64,000 nt of DNA from Pyrinomonadaceae bacterium (GCA_046313635.1 JBKBYA010000006.1:32001-96000), one strand, 5' to 3'. Shown: positions 30,440 to 40,458, counted from the stretch's first letter. A program made the numbers and translations. The notes: a model not told the origin generated them from the sequence alone.

Positions 30440-31033
30440 TTGGCAGCTATAACGGCGGCAACTGAGACCAACGGTCCTGAACTCGTGCGGCGGGCGCGCG
30501 GCGGCGATGCCGCGGCCTGGGAAGAGATCGTATCGGCCTATTCACGGCGGATCTTTAATCTCGCGTACCGGTTTACGTCAAGCGTCGATGCGGCTGAGGA
30601 TCTCACCCAGGACGTCTTTATCCGCATCTACCGCACGCTCGACCAGTACGACCCGAAGCAGGGCGACCTGTCGAATTGGCTGATGAGGCTCGCACGAAAT
30701 TTGATAATTGACGACTACAGGCACCGGCAGCGAAATCCGCAGAATTCGATGGCCGACGCCGTGGACGACCATCAGTACCATCTGCGTGCGGTCGGCACGT
30801 CGGCGCAAAAAGAGATCGAACGAAAGGAGCTCGCGGCGCAAGTGCAGGAGGGCATCGACAAGCTCCCGCCCGATCTGAGGACCTGCGTCATACTGCGGGA
30901 CATCGAGGAGCTGACATACCAGGAGATCGTTGACGTCCTTAAGATCCCGGAAGGCACAGTAAAATCGCGTATCAACCGCGGACGGATCGAGCTGGCAAAG
31001 ATCTTGCGGCGAATGAGGGTCGTGACCGTATAG
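30440..31033 (+). CDS. ECF RNA polymerase sigma factor
   Basis: AEDLTQDVF, WLMRLARN and LTYQEI..VLKIPEGTVKSRINRGR motifs. Confidence 0.95.
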   Translation: MAAITAATETNGPELVRRARGGDAAAWEEIVSAYSRRIFNLAYRFTSSVDAAEDLTQDVFIRIYRTLDQYDPKQGDLSNWLMRLARNLIIDDYRHRQRNPQNSMADAVDDHQYHLRAVGTSAQKEIERKELAAQVQEGIDKLPPDLRTCVILRDIEELTYQEIVDVLKIPEGTVKSRINRGRIELAKILRRMRVVTV

Positions 31034-31040
31034 CGGAAGA

Positions 31041-31856
31041 GTGGCAGAGAAGAAAATGAACGGCGGCAACAACATTATGATCGACTGCTCGCGATTTGAA
31101 GAGCTCTTGTCCGATTATCTGGACAAGACGCTCGACGCTCGCACGCAGGCCGCCGCCGCCGAGCACGCGCTTGCCTGCCCGCTCTGCCATTCGCTCCTGA
31201 ACGACGTTCGCGAGTCGATCCAGGCCTGCCGGGCGATCAGCGCTCCCGCACCCGTGATCGCAAGACTCGAGGCCAGGGTCCTCGAGGCGACGATACCCGA
31301 CGCTGCGATGGCCTGCGCCGACTTTGAAGAGCATTTGACCGATTATCTCGACGGCTTTCTCCCGGCAAATGTCTTCCATCGCTGGGAGCGGCATGCAGTC
31401 ATCTGCGACGAATGTACCGACCTGCCCGGAATGGTCGTCCGTTCGATCGCCGCCTGCTATACCTACAAGACCGAAGAACTGCCCGTGCCCGCGGGCCTCG
31501 AAGCGAGGATCCTGCAGGCGACAACCGGTGCGCTGGAGGCGCGGCGTTTGAAGGCGTCACGCTGGGTCCAAATGGTCGACCGCATTCGCTCATTCGCGTG
31601 GCCGATCCCCGCGGTACCGCAGCTCGCTCCGGTCGCGATGATGCTGCTGGTCGCTTTCTTTGTATTCACTCAGGCGGTCTCGGCTGACGGAACGCTTTCG
31701 GGCGTTTATCAAAAGGGATTTGAGCTTGCAGAGCGGACGTATCAGCAAAGCGCCGAGGCCCTCAACGGCGGCAGCGCAGCAGTGCTGCCCGAGGAGCAGA
31801 AGGACCCTGTGACCGGGACGACCTATGTCGGCGGCGAGGACAATGGCCGAAAGTAA
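31041..31856 (+). CDS. Membrane-anchored anti-sigma factor with two zf-HC2 (ZAS) domains
   Basis: Two C..F...L.DYLD...HxxxCxxC units (HALACPLC and HAVICDEC), then one TM helix. Start uncertain. Confidence 0.88.
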   Translation: MAEKKMNGGNNIMIDCSRFEELLSDYLDKTLDARTQAAAAEHALACPLCHSLLNDVRESIQACRAISAPAPVIARLEARVLEATIPDAAMACADFEEHLTDYLDGFLPANVFHRWERHAVICDECTDLPGMVVRSIAACYTYKTEELPVPAGLEARILQATTGALEARRLKASRWVQMVDRIRSFAWPIPAVPQLAPVAMMLLVAFFVFTQAVSADGTLSGVYQKGFELAERTYQQSAEALNGGSAAVLPEEQKDPVTGTTYVGGEDNGRK

Positions 31857-32612
31857 ATGAATTGCGCGTACCACATTCATAACCCCGCGCTGGTCAACTG
31901 CAATAGCTGCGGCAAGCCTCTGTGCCCGAGCTGCGACCACCGCATCAAGGGGTTTCCATATTGTCAGGACTGCATCGTCGACGGCGTCGAGATGCTGCGG
32001 CATCACAACCGCTCCAATTACGCTCCCTTTGTCAAAAAGCGTACTTCGCCCTTCGTCGCCTCCGCTCTCTCGCTGGTTTGTCCCGGCCTCGGTGCGGCCT
32101 ACATCGGTCAGACGACCAAGGCCCTCGTACACTTCGCGATATTCGTCGGGCTGTTTCAGATGTCGGTATTGACAAAGGGAATGCCGCTCTTCGTCTTCGG
32201 GGCTCTCGGGATGTGGCTCTTTGCGGTCGTAGATTCGTGGCGGACGGCGCAGATGATCCGGTCAGGGGTGACGCCGGACGTGGCCGAGGATATTCTCGTC
32301 CGGCGATTTTCGGGAAACCCGCGTGCGTGGGGCATAGTGCTGGCCGTACTCGGCGGCACCTTTTTGCTTCAGCGGCTCTTCGATATCGGGCCGCTCGTAC
32401 GAGGGATCTTGCCCCTGATGCTGATCGGGCTGGGCATCTACCTGATCCGCGGCTACATCTTCAAACCGAGGTCGCCGTTCGGACGGGCGGAATATTCCGG
32501 CGAGACAAGTTTCTCGGGCGAATTGACCCGCACGCGATTCGATCAGACGGGTTTCGATCCCCAAGCCGGTTTTGCCGACCGCGATCGCAGCGGCGCATGG
32601 CGGGGCAGATAA
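31857..32612 (+). CDS. Membrane protein with N-terminal B-box-like zinc finger
   Basis: MNCAYH...CNSCGKPLCPSC...YCQDC; PGLGAAY; several TM helices; abuts the anti-sigma gene. Confidence 0.82.
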   Translation: MNCAYHIHNPALVNCNSCGKPLCPSCDHRIKGFPYCQDCIVDGVEMLRHHNRSNYAPFVKKRTSPFVASALSLVCPGLGAAYIGQTTKALVHFAIFVGLFQMSVLTKGMPLFVFGALGMWLFAVVDSWRTAQMIRSGVTPDVAEDILVRRFSGNPRAWGIVLAVLGGTFLLQRLFDIGPLVRGILPLMLIGLGIYLIRGYIFKPRSPFGRAEYSGETSFSGELTRTRFDQTGFDPQAGFADRDRSGAWRGR

Positions 32613-32641
32613 TTTATTAGCAGGGAGTAAGGAGTTTTTTT

Positions 32642-32854
32642 ATGCCGCTTTGGATGAAGGCCGCCGGTAAATGGAGCGGGATCCTCGTGATCATCGCTCT
32701 TCTCATCACACTTCTCAAACAGCTGATCGCCTTTATCGGGTTTCTGACCGGAGCGATCAAGCTGATGATCATCGTCCTTTTTGTCCTCGTTATAGTCGGC
32801 GTCGGATTGATGGTCCTCCGCGGATCAAGGGACAACCGACGCAGATCCGAATAG
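32642..32854 (+). CDS. Small two-TM membrane protein
   Basis: AAGGAG RBS; hydrophobic with a basic tail. Confidence 0.7.
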   Translation: MPLWMKAAGKWSGILVIIALLITLLKQLIAFIGFLTGAIKLMIIVLFVLVIVGVGLMVLRGSRDNRRRSE

Positions 32855-33133
32855 CATCTGACCCCTTTTTTGAAATTCAGGGGTACGGGCGGCCGATGGT
32901 GCGGGCACTTGAGCTGTTTTGCCCGCCCAGGCCGCCTGTGGTACTCTGGGGCATCAACTTGAACAATTGCACTTGCTCTCGTTTGGGTTGGTTCCCACGT
33001 AATCAGGGTTCGTCACATCTGCAAACTCTAAACTTGGTTTCGCGTTAGTCGCTCGCGGCTGTCCCCACGTGATTCCGTGTGCTGGAACGTTGGATTTCCG
33101 GCACTAGATCATCAAAAGGAGCTAAAAAGCATA

Positions 33134-33934
33134 ATGGCGAAAGTCGTCAAGTCTTACTCTTTTAATTTTTCGTTCGCTTCAAAATCCAGTATCAAGATCC
33201 GCCGGATACACGTCTCTAAAAAACTCGTGCATTCCGGACTGATCGCACTATTTTTAACATTCGGTATCTCGACACTCACGTTCGGCATCAGCGGGGTCAT
33301 GAGCGATCGTTCTCTCGCCGGATCGGTCGGCGATGCCGCAACCCGGAGTATGGCCTCGCTCCGCGCCGACAGCACTTCGCGGCTCGACTATACCCGCCCG
33401 GCCGCTTCGGGCCAGATGGCCCGCAACAGCGGCGGCCCGGCCTCGTCTGAGGACTCCGACGGCCTCTCTGCGGCCGAGCAGGTCCGTGCGATACAGACGG
33501 CGGCCGATCCGATGTCGGTCCCGAGCATCTGGGCCCATCTCGGAAAGATCAATAACGAATTCGGTTTCCGCCGCAATCCCTTCGGCGGGCGCACTTACGA
33601 GTTTCACGCCGGAATGGACATCGACGGCGAGCGCGGCGACGTCGTCGCGGCAACGGCCAACGGCACTGTCGTCAAGGCCGGCTGGCAAGGCGGTTACGGC
33701 AATATGATCGAGATCGATCACGGCAACGGCGTGACGACCCGCTACGGCCATCTCTCGCGTGTCGAGGTGAAGGTGGGCGACAGCGTCTTTCGAGGTCAAT
33801 CTGTCGGAGCCGTCGGTTCGACGGGGCGATCGACCGGCCCGCACCTTCATTATGAAGTGCGGATAAACGATCATCCGATCAACCCGCGCTACTTCTTGCC
33901 GCCGGAGCCGGCCGATCTTGCAAAGCTCAATTGA
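33134..33934 (+). CDS. M23 family metallopeptidase
   Basis: FHAGMDI, GGYGN, TRYGHL and STGPHLHYEV motifs; AAGGAG RBS. Confidence 0.93.
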   Translation: MAKVVKSYSFNFSFASKSSIKIRRIHVSKKLVHSGLIALFLTFGISTLTFGISGVMSDRSLAGSVGDAATRSMASLRADSTSRLDYTRPAASGQMARNSGGPASSEDSDGLSAAEQVRAIQTAADPMSVPSIWAHLGKINNEFGFRRNPFGGRTYEFHAGMDIDGERGDVVAATANGTVVKAGWQGGYGNMIEIDHGNGVTTRYGHLSRVEVKVGDSVFRGQSVGAVGSTGRSTGPHLHYEVRINDHPINPRYFLPPEPADLAKLN

Positions 33935-33961
33935 CGAGCAGACCGCACAACTTAACCTGTG

Positions 33962-33993
33962 AAAAACGAGTCGAATATGCGGCTCGTTTTTTC
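33962..33993 (+). terminator. Intrinsic terminator
   Basis: AAAAACGAGTCG-aatatg-CGGCTCGTTTTTT. Confidence 0.75.
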
Positions 33994-34062
33994 TTTATGC
34001 GGCCCCGGCGATTACAATAGCCTGGCATTTATCGCCGCACCTTTCAGAGGCAATCGAACAAT

Positions 34063-36249
34063 ATGAAAATCGCTAAAAGAGTCTTGTTCTCGTATGTCCT
34101 GACAGCGACGATGCTGTTGTCGTCGTTCAGTTTTGTGATCGCCCGGCCCGATGAGGGTATGTACACGCCGGGCCAGATCGCCGGCCTGCCGCTCAAGGGC
34201 CGCGGGCTTAAGATCAAACCGACCGATATCTACAATCCCGGCGGAGCTCCGGCGATCGCGGACGCGATCGTCCGCGTCAACATCGGCGAAGCGGGCGGCT
34301 TCGGCACGGGCGAATTCGTCTCGCCGAACGGGCTCATCCTGACCAACCATCACGTCGCATTCGACGCCCTGGTCGCCGCCTCGACGCCCGAACGCGATTA
34401 CGCAAAGCTCGGCTACAAGGCCGACTCGCAGGCGAATGAGCTGCCGGCAAAAGATTACAGCCTGCTTCTCACCAGCCGCGTCGAGGACGTGACCGCGCAG
34501 GTCACAAAGGGCACCGAGAATCTTACCGGCGACCGGCGCAAGGCGACGATCGACGAGAACATCAAGAATCTCCAGACCGCCGAGCAGGCAAAGGCCGGCG
34601 AGGGCAAGACCATCCGCATACAGGAGCTCAACAGCGGGCTGTTTTACTACCTCTACGAGACGACCACCATCCGCGACGTGCGGGTGGTGTACGCTCCGCC
34701 GCAGAGCATCGGCTTTTTCGGCGGCGACCCCGACAATTTTGAATGGACGCGTCACACGGGCGACTTCACTTTCCTGCGTGCGTATGTCGGGCCTGACGGC
34801 AAGCCCGCGGCATTCTCGCCGAATAACGTTCCCTTCAAGCCAAAAAAACATCTGACCATATCGCTTAGCGGCGTGCGGCCCGACGAGTTTGTGATGGTGC
34901 TCGGCTATCCCGGCGGTACGACGCGTTATCGCGAGAGCCAGGCCGTCGCGTACGCGCAGGATGTCAACTTCCCGTTCATCGTCGGCTACCTGTCGGCGTG
35001 GGCCGGCGCCCTGCAAAAGATCGGTGAGGCTGACGACGAAAAGCGCGTCAAGCTGCAGGCCGAGATCTTCAGTCTGAACAACTCGATCAAGGCCTACGAC
35101 GGCGGCGTCGTGGCGCTCAGACGCGCCGACGTTATATCTCAAAAGAGGGCCGAGGAGGCGCGCTTCAGACAGTGGATCGACGCCGACCCCGCACGCAAAG
35201 CGAAGTACGGCGACATACTGCCGCGCATCGCGGCGCTCTCCGACGAGTTCTATCGCACGGCGACCCGCGACCGCATCACTCGTACGCTGCCGCGGCCGGA
35301 CATAATGCCCGTTTTCAAACAGCTGCTGGACGCCTATACGGCGATCAAGGCCGGCAAAAAGCTGACCGACGACAAACGCGGCGAGATCGCCGCGGCCTTC
35401 AAAGACCGCGAGCCGCTGCTCGAGACCGAGATGATGCGGTACTACCTCTCGGCGATCGGCAAGCTGCCGGCAGGCGAACGTCTGGCTGCCGCCGACTCGC
35501 TCTTTGGCTCCGGCCCGCAGCGACGCCGCGCCGAGGAGGCGTTCATCGCAAAATACCTCGCCGACTTCGACACGCCCGAAAAGATCGCAGCCGTATATGA
35601 AATGACGCCGGAGTCGTTTGCGTCGGGGCGTGCGGACCTGGCGTCGCTGCTGGCCGGGATAGCCGATGCCCGCGCCGCCGCTCAGGCGAGGCTTGCCAAG
35701 TTCAATGCAGAGATCGATCCGCTGAGGCTCGCGTACCAGCGCGGCATGTCTGAGATGAAGAGATCGACACCGTACCCGGACGCCAATGCGACGCTGCGTT
35801 TCACCTTCGGCAACGTCCGCGGCTATCGGCCGCGCGAGGCCGTGACGTACGATCCCTTCACGACGCTCCGGGGCGTGATCGAAAAGGACACCGGCGTCGA
35901 TCCCTTCGCCGTGCCGCAGGGACTTAAAGACCTGCAGGCGAAAAAGGATCTTGGCCGCTACGGCGTCGGCGACTCAGTGCCCGTCAACTTTCTCGCGACG
36001 ACCGACATCATCGGCGGCAACAGCGGCAGCCCGATCCTTAACGGCCGCGGCGAGCAGGTCGGGATCGTCTTTGACGGCAACTACGAGGGCCTCGGCAACG
36101 ATATCTTCTACGACCCGGCTCGCAACCGCACGATCGCGGTCGATATTCGATACGTTCTTTTCGTCACCGAGAAGTTCGGTGGAGCGGGATGGGTCTTGAA
36201 CGAGATGAGTATCTCGGGCGGTTCGCGGTCGCGTGGTACCGCGGGGTGA
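34063..36249 (+). CDS. S46 family dipeptidyl peptidase
   Basis: Signal peptide; DEGMY, FVSPNGLILTNHH, FGGDPDNFEW.RHTGDF and DIIGGNSGSP motifs. Confidence 0.95.
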   Translation: MKIAKRVLFSYVLTATMLLSSFSFVIARPDEGMYTPGQIAGLPLKGRGLKIKPTDIYNPGGAPAIADAIVRVNIGEAGGFGTGEFVSPNGLILTNHHVAFDALVAASTPERDYAKLGYKADSQANELPAKDYSLLLTSRVEDVTAQVTKGTENLTGDRRKATIDENIKNLQTAEQAKAGEGKTIRIQELNSGLFYYLYETTTIRDVRVVYAPPQSIGFFGGDPDNFEWTRHTGDFTFLRAYVGPDGKPAAFSPNNVPFKPKKHLTISLSGVRPDEFVMVLGYPGGTTRYRESQAVAYAQDVNFPFIVGYLSAWAGALQKIGEADDEKRVKLQAEIFSLNNSIKAYDGGVVALRRADVISQKRAEEARFRQWIDADPARKAKYGDILPRIAALSDEFYRTATRDRITRTLPRPDIMPVFKQLLDAYTAIKAGKKLTDDKRGEIAAAFKDREPLLETEMMRYYLSAIGKLPAGERLAAADSLFGSGPQRRRAEEAFIAKYLADFDTPEKIAAVYEMTPESFASGRADLASLLAGIADARAAAQARLAKFNAEIDPLRLAYQRGMSEMKRSTPYPDANATLRFTFGNVRGYRPREAVTYDPFTTLRGVIEKDTGVDPFAVPQGLKDLQAKKDLGRYGVGDSVPVNFLATTDIIGGNSGSPILNGRGEQVGIVFDGNYEGLGNDIFYDPARNRTIAVDIRYVLFVTEKFGGAGWVLNEMSISGGSRSRGTAG

Positions 36250-36255
36250 CGCTTT

Positions 36256-36287
36256 AGAAAGTGAGAAAATGCGAAGGTGAGAAAGGG
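36256..36287. repeat. Octamer tandem array (AGAARGTG-like), left flank of the four-helix-bundle gene
   Basis: AGAAAGTG AGAAAATG CGAAGGTG AGAAAGGG. Confidence 0.85.
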
Positions 36288-36292
36288 AGAGA

Positions 36293-36700
36293 TCAGTCTT
36301 TCCCTTTTTTCTTTTGGCCCGAGGGCATTACCCAATCGTTCGAATTATTGGCCATTGAGAGGAGCATCGCGATGATTTCGTCGTAAGCCATGTAGATCTC
36401 GCGTGCTATGTCTCGGCTGAGATATCCTGCCCGAACCGCGAACTCGATCCACGTTTGCGTCTCTGCAGCTTCGCCCTCGGCGTCGTTGAGTTTACTGATG
36501 AACGCCGCTTCATAACGTCTTTTTCGCCACGCCTCCGCAAGATTGGCGCATACAGACCGCGACGAACGTCTCATTTGATCGGTCAGCGAATACATTTCCT
36601 CTCGCGGAAAACCGCTCGATAATTCAAAGATCCGCATCGCCGCCTCGAGACCCTTCCGATAAACCTTTAATTCCTGATGCCGAACAATTTTGGGAGACAT
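36293..36700 (-). CDS. Four helix bundle protein (23S rRNA IVP family)
   Basis: HQELKVY, FPREEMYSLTDQMRRSSRSVCANLAEAW and EAAETQTW motifs. Confidence 0.93.
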   Translation of the reverse strand: MSPKIVRHQELKVYRKGLEAAMRIFELSSGFPREEMYSLTDQMRRSSRSVCANLAEAWRKRRYEAAFISKLNDAEGEAAETQTWIEFAVRAGYLSRDIAREIYMAYDEIIAMLLSMANNSNDWVMPSGQKKKGKD

Positions 36701-36786
36701 AGAAATTATGCTTTGGCGGTCACGACGGAACGCCACTGCCGCCACCATCGGCCGCAATAGTATCAGCATCGGCAAAAGTTGCAACT

Positions 36787-36826
36787 CACCTTCTCACTAT
36801 CTCACCCTCTCACTTTCTCATTTCCT
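36787..36826. repeat. Octamer tandem array (CACYTTCT-like), right flank, inverted relative to the left array
   Basis: CACCTTCT CACTATCT CACCCTCT CACTTTCT CATTTCCT; the last unit overlaps the mtgA stop codon. Confidence 0.85.
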
Positions 36827-37625
36827 AATACGCCAGTTTCATCCCGCCCATAAACTTCGCGATCACCCGCTGCCTTCTTTTCACTCGTTTGGGATTCTTC
36901 GTCGGGTTAAAGACGTTGAGAGGGCTTGGGATGATGGCGGCGAGAAAGGCTGCTTCGTCGCGGGTGAGGTCGGACGCGCTCTTTTTGAAGTAGTATCGCG
37001 ACGCGGCCTCGGCGCCGTACACGCCGTCGCCCCATTCGATGACGTTGAGGTAGAGCTCGAGGATGCGCTTTTTGGTGAGATAACGTTCGAGGAAATAGGT
37101 GTACGCGGCCTCGCGGCCTTTGCGGAGAAAGTTGCGGTCTTCCGAGAGATAAAGATTCTTAGCCAGCTGCTGCGTCACGGTCGACGCGCCGCGTTTGAAG
37201 CTCGGCATCGGCGGTATCCAATCGTCCTCGCTCGGCTTGCAGTTCAGCTTCTCTTCCCTGGTCTTCGCGGCGGCCTCGCACTCCTCGCGGGCCTCACGCT
37301 CGCCCTCGCGAACGGCCTCGTCCCAGGCCTTCTGGATCGCTTCCCAATCAAAGCCGTTGTGCTCGAAGAAGCGCGAATCTTCGCCCGCGAGCACCGCCCG
37401 CTGCAGGTGGGGCGAGATCTGCTCGATCGGCGTCCAGATCATGAACTTTCGCGGCTCGCGGCCCTCGTCCCGCGCCTGCTGCAGACGATATTCGATCAAG
37501 GACGTCGTCGCGGGATTCTCCGTCCGCAGATCCCAGATGCGTGGGAAGGTGGCGGCCTCGTACAGCAGCCAGACGCCGACCGCTCCGAGCAGGATCAGAA
37601 ACAGAACTTTGGTCCAGTACCACAT
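36825..37625 (-). CDS. mtgA: Monofunctional biosynthetic peptidoglycan transglycosylase
   Basis: EDSRFFEHNGFD, GASTVTQQLAKNL, RKGRE, KKRILELYLN..EWG and GAEAASRYYF motifs. Confidence 0.93.
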   Translation of the reverse strand: MWYWTKVLFLILLGAVGVWLLYEAATFPRIWDLRTENPATTSLIEYRLQQARDEGREPRKFMIWTPIEQISPHLQRAVLAGEDSRFFEHNGFDWEAIQKAWDEAVREGEREAREECEAAAKTREEKLNCKPSEDDWIPPMPSFKRGASTVTQQLAKNLYLSEDRNFLRKGREAAYTYFLERYLTKKRILELYLNVIEWGDGVYGAEAASRYYFKKSASDLTRDEAAFLAAIIPSPLNVFNPTKNPKRVKRRQRVIAKFMGGMKLAY

Positions 37626-37717
37626 ATTCGACGAATAGTTTTTATTCAGGTGAAGCGGGAGCGAACAGTCTCAAGCTAACACAGTAATACGATCTCGCGC
37701 ACCCCGAGTTCCGAAGC

Positions 37718-37816
37718 CGCTCCAAAGCTTGCGCGAGTCGCTCCAAAGCTTGCGCGAGTCGCTCCAAAGCTTGCGCGAGTCACTCAAAAGCTTGCGCGAG
37801 TCACTCAAAAGCTTGC
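37718..37816. repeat. 21-bp tandem repeat, about 4.7 copies
   Basis: CGCTCCAAAGCTTGCGCGAGT x3, CACTCAAAAGCTTGCGCGAGT x1 and a partial copy; no spacers. Confidence 0.95.
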
Positions 37817-37974
37817 AAAGCTGACCATAGCGCGTCAACTTTGCCCGCCGTTTGCGGAAAAAGCACCGCGAACGCCGCCGTCCAAAGCCTATAAATAATA
37901 ATTCTTGAACTGTTTACCGCCTTGCGGCTATCCTGAATCCGAAACGATCTCTCTGCACTTTTCTCCGAACGTTT

Positions 37975-39270
37975 ATGGGCCAATTCGACAACGTTGTTGC
38001 CGTGATCCTCGGCGGCGGTGCCGGTTCCCGGCTCTTCCCGCTTACTCGCGACCGTTCAAAGCCGGCGGTGCCGCTCGGCGGCAAATACCGGCTGATCGAC
38101 GTGCCGGTCTCTAACTGCATCAACTCGAATATCACGCAGATCTTTGTCCTCACACAGTTCAACTCGGCATCTCTCAACCGGCATATCGCGCGGACGTACC
38201 GCTTTTCGCGATTCTCGACCGGATTTGTCGAGGTGCTCGCCGCCGAGCAGACCAAGGACAATCCGCAGTGGTTCCAGGGCACGGCCGACGCCGTGCGGCA
38301 GATGATCCCGCACATTCGCGACTGGCGCGTCGACACGCTGCTGATCCTCTCGGGCGATCACCTATATCGAATGGATTACGGCAAATTCCTTGCGCAGCAC
38401 TTTGAGACCGGCGCCGACGTGACGATCTCGGTCATCCCGGCGCGCTCGACAGAGGCCGAGGAGTTTGGCCTGCTCAAGACGGCCGAGCACGGCAGGATCG
38501 TCGAGTTTAGAGAAAAGCCCAAGGGCGAGGCGCTCGAGGCGATGCGCGTCGACACGACGCAGTTCGGCCTGAGCGTCGCCGAATCGCAGGAGCGGCCCTT
38601 TCTGGCCTCGATGGGCATCTATGTTTTTAACTACGACAAGCTCGTCGATATGCTGGCCGAGGAAGAGACGCGTGTCGACTTTGGCCGCGAGGTGATACCG
38701 GCCGCGATCGACAAGTACAACGTCCAGGCCCATCTCTTCAACGGCTACTGGGAAGACATCGGTACGATACGCGCGTTCTACCAGGCAAATCTTGACCTCG
38801 CTTCGCCGCTGCCGAAGTTCAATTTCTTCGACGCGGAGGCGCCCATCTACACGCGGAGCCGGTACCTGCCGCCGTCGAAGCTGCACGGATGCGACATCGA
38901 CAATTCGATGGTCAGCGAAGGCTGCATCCTGAACGGCGTCTACGCACGCAACTCGATCTTCGGACTGCGAAGCCGCATCGACGCCGGCACGCGGATCGAG
39001 AACTCGATCATCATGGGCGCCGATTACTTTGAGACGATCGACGAGATCAAACGCAGCGTCGAGTCCTCGCGGCCGCTGGTCGGCATCGGCTCGAACGTCG
39101 TCATTCGCAACGCCATCGTCGATAAGAACGTCCGCATCGGCAATAACGTCCAGCTCATCAATCGCGAGAATGTCGAGAACGCCGACTCCGACGACGGCGG
39201 CTACTACATCCGCGACCGCATCGTCATCATCCCCAAAGGCGCGACCGTGCCCGACGGGACGGTGATCTAA
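37975..39270 (+). CDS. glgC: Glucose-1-phosphate adenylyltransferase
   Basis: [48 protein letters not shown] and YWEDIGT motifs. Confidence 0.98.
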   Translation: MGQFDNVVAVILGGGAGSRLFPLTRDRSKPAVPLGGKYRLIDVPVSNCINSNITQIFVLTQFNSASLNRHIARTYRFSRFSTGFVEVLAAEQTKDNPQWFQGTADAVRQMIPHIRDWRVDTLLILSGDHLYRMDYGKFLAQHFETGADVTISVIPARSTEAEEFGLLKTAEHGRIVEFREKPKGEALEAMRVDTTQFGLSVAESQERPFLASMGIYVFNYDKLVDMLAEEETRVDFGREVIPAAIDKYNVQAHLFNGYWEDIGTIRAFYQANLDLASPLPKFNFFDAEAPIYTRSRYLPPSKLHGCDIDNSMVSEGCILNGVYARNSIFGLRSRIDAGTRIENSIIMGADYFETIDEIKRSVESSRPLVGIGSNVVIRNAIVDKNVRIGNNVQLINRENVENADSDDGGYYIRDRIVIIPKGATVPDGTVI

Positions 39271-39273
39271 AAC

Positions 39274-39308
39274 AAAAAAATAAAGGGCGGCTCGGGGCCG
39301 CCCTATTT
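39274..39308. terminator. Likely bidirectional terminator
   Basis: A tract, AGGGCGGC stem pairing with GCCGCCCT, between convergent glgC and VWA genes. Confidence 0.75.
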
Positions 39309-39327
39309 GTTCTCATTCGCGAAGTGC

Positions 39328-40458
39328 TCACTTCACCGGCTTGCGCGGCGTGTAGCTGTCGCGCGCGCGTACGACGGCGCCGGCACGGTCGACCTTTACC
39401 TTGAGACGGCGTGCTCGACGTCGGTCGATATTCTCGGCCGGGTAAAAGCCGATGCTGTAGTACTCGCGCAGCTCGCTCGCGATCTTGGCGAATGCAGAGT
39501 TCAGCCCGCCGATCGAATCCGCGGGAACGACCGTTCCGCCGGTCCGGCGGGCGAGCTGCTCGAGATACTCGTTCGCGGCCTTGTAGTCCTCGGGATTGGT
39601 GCCGCGCCCGCCGGGGACGCCGACGGTCGGAAAAGGCAAAATGGTCGGATTCTTACCGGGAATGGTATTGGGATGACTCGTGCCGGGCGGCCGCGGCGTG
39701 GTGAGCACGGGATTGTCCTTCATCCGCTGCACGTCGGCAAACGTGTCGTACGAGATCGGATAGATGAGAGCGTCAAACTCCAGTGCGTCGTCGAGATTCT
39801 TGACGCCGCTCGCGGTCGAGCTTGTCGTATCGACCCCGTCGGTAAAGACGATCACCGCCTTGCGGCCCTCGACTCCTCTGAGCACGTCGGTCATCACCAG
39901 GTCGATCGCGTCGTAGAGGCTCGTTCCCGTATCGATGCGCGTCGACATTATCGCTCGCTGGATGGTCCGCCGGTCAGTGGTCGGACGACAGAGCATGTGT
40001 ACGTTCTGATCAAAGGAAACGACCGCCACCTTGTCGCGCGGCCCGAGCTTTTCGATAAAGTCGATCGCCGCCGCCTGGATCTCTGAGATCTTGAATTTTG
40101 ACGAGTAGCTCATATCGAGCACGAGCGCGACCGTAAAGGGCGCCTGCTCGGACGAGAAGTGCTCGATCTGCTGCTCGATGCCCTCGTCAAACAGCTTGAA
40201 ATTGTCTCGCTGCAGTCCCGCGACAAAGCGCCCGTTGCGGTCGAGCACCCGGATCGGCACGGTAACGAGATCGGTCTCTAAGCGGATCACCTCGCCGTCG
40301 TCCGCCGTCTCGTCGGCAGGCGGCGTGGGCGACGGCTGGGCCTGCCGCTGGTTGCGCTTGCCGTCGGCCGGCGATGTCGTGCCTCGATTGGACTGCGCGG
40401 CGGCCGTCGCCGCACACAGCGCGACGGACAAGATCATCAAAAGAATGCGGGTGCTCAT
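39328..40458 (-). CDS. Secreted VWA-domain protein (acidobacterial VWFA type)
   Basis: Signal peptide; VIRLETDLVTVP; DMSYS; GTSLYDA; FTDGVD; YSIGFYP. Confidence 0.9.
   Translation of the reverse strand: MSTRILLMILSVALCAATAAAQSNRGTTSPADGKRNQRQAQPSPTPPADETADDGEVIRLETDLVTVPIRVLDRNGRFVAGLQRDNFKLFDEGIEQQIEHFSSEQAPFTVALVLDMSYSSKFKISEIQAAAIDFIEKLGPRDKVAVVSFDQNVHMLCRPTTDRRTIQRAIMSTRIDTGTSLYDAIDLVMTDVLRGVEGRKAVIVFTDGVDTTSSTASGVKNLDDALEFDALIYPISYDTFADVQRMKDNPVLTTPRPPGTSHPNTIPGKNPTILPFPTVGVPGGRGTNPEDYKAANEYLEQLARRTGGTVVPADSIGGLNSAFAKIASELREYYSIGFYPAENIDRRRARRLKVKVDRAGAVVRARDSYTPRKPVK

Noticed and set aside
32855..33133. Riboswitch (for example c-di-AMP) upstream of the M23 peptidase
   Set aside because: Hairpins and a short CCCACGT repeat are present, but I see no recognisable riboswitch consensus.
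36293..36700. Four-helix-bundle gene as Avd of a diversity-generating retroelement
   Set aside because: No reverse transcriptase and no template/variable repeat pair are visible in the window.
37718..37816. 21-bp repeats as a CRISPR array
   Set aside because: The units are contiguous with no spacers, and there are no cas genes.
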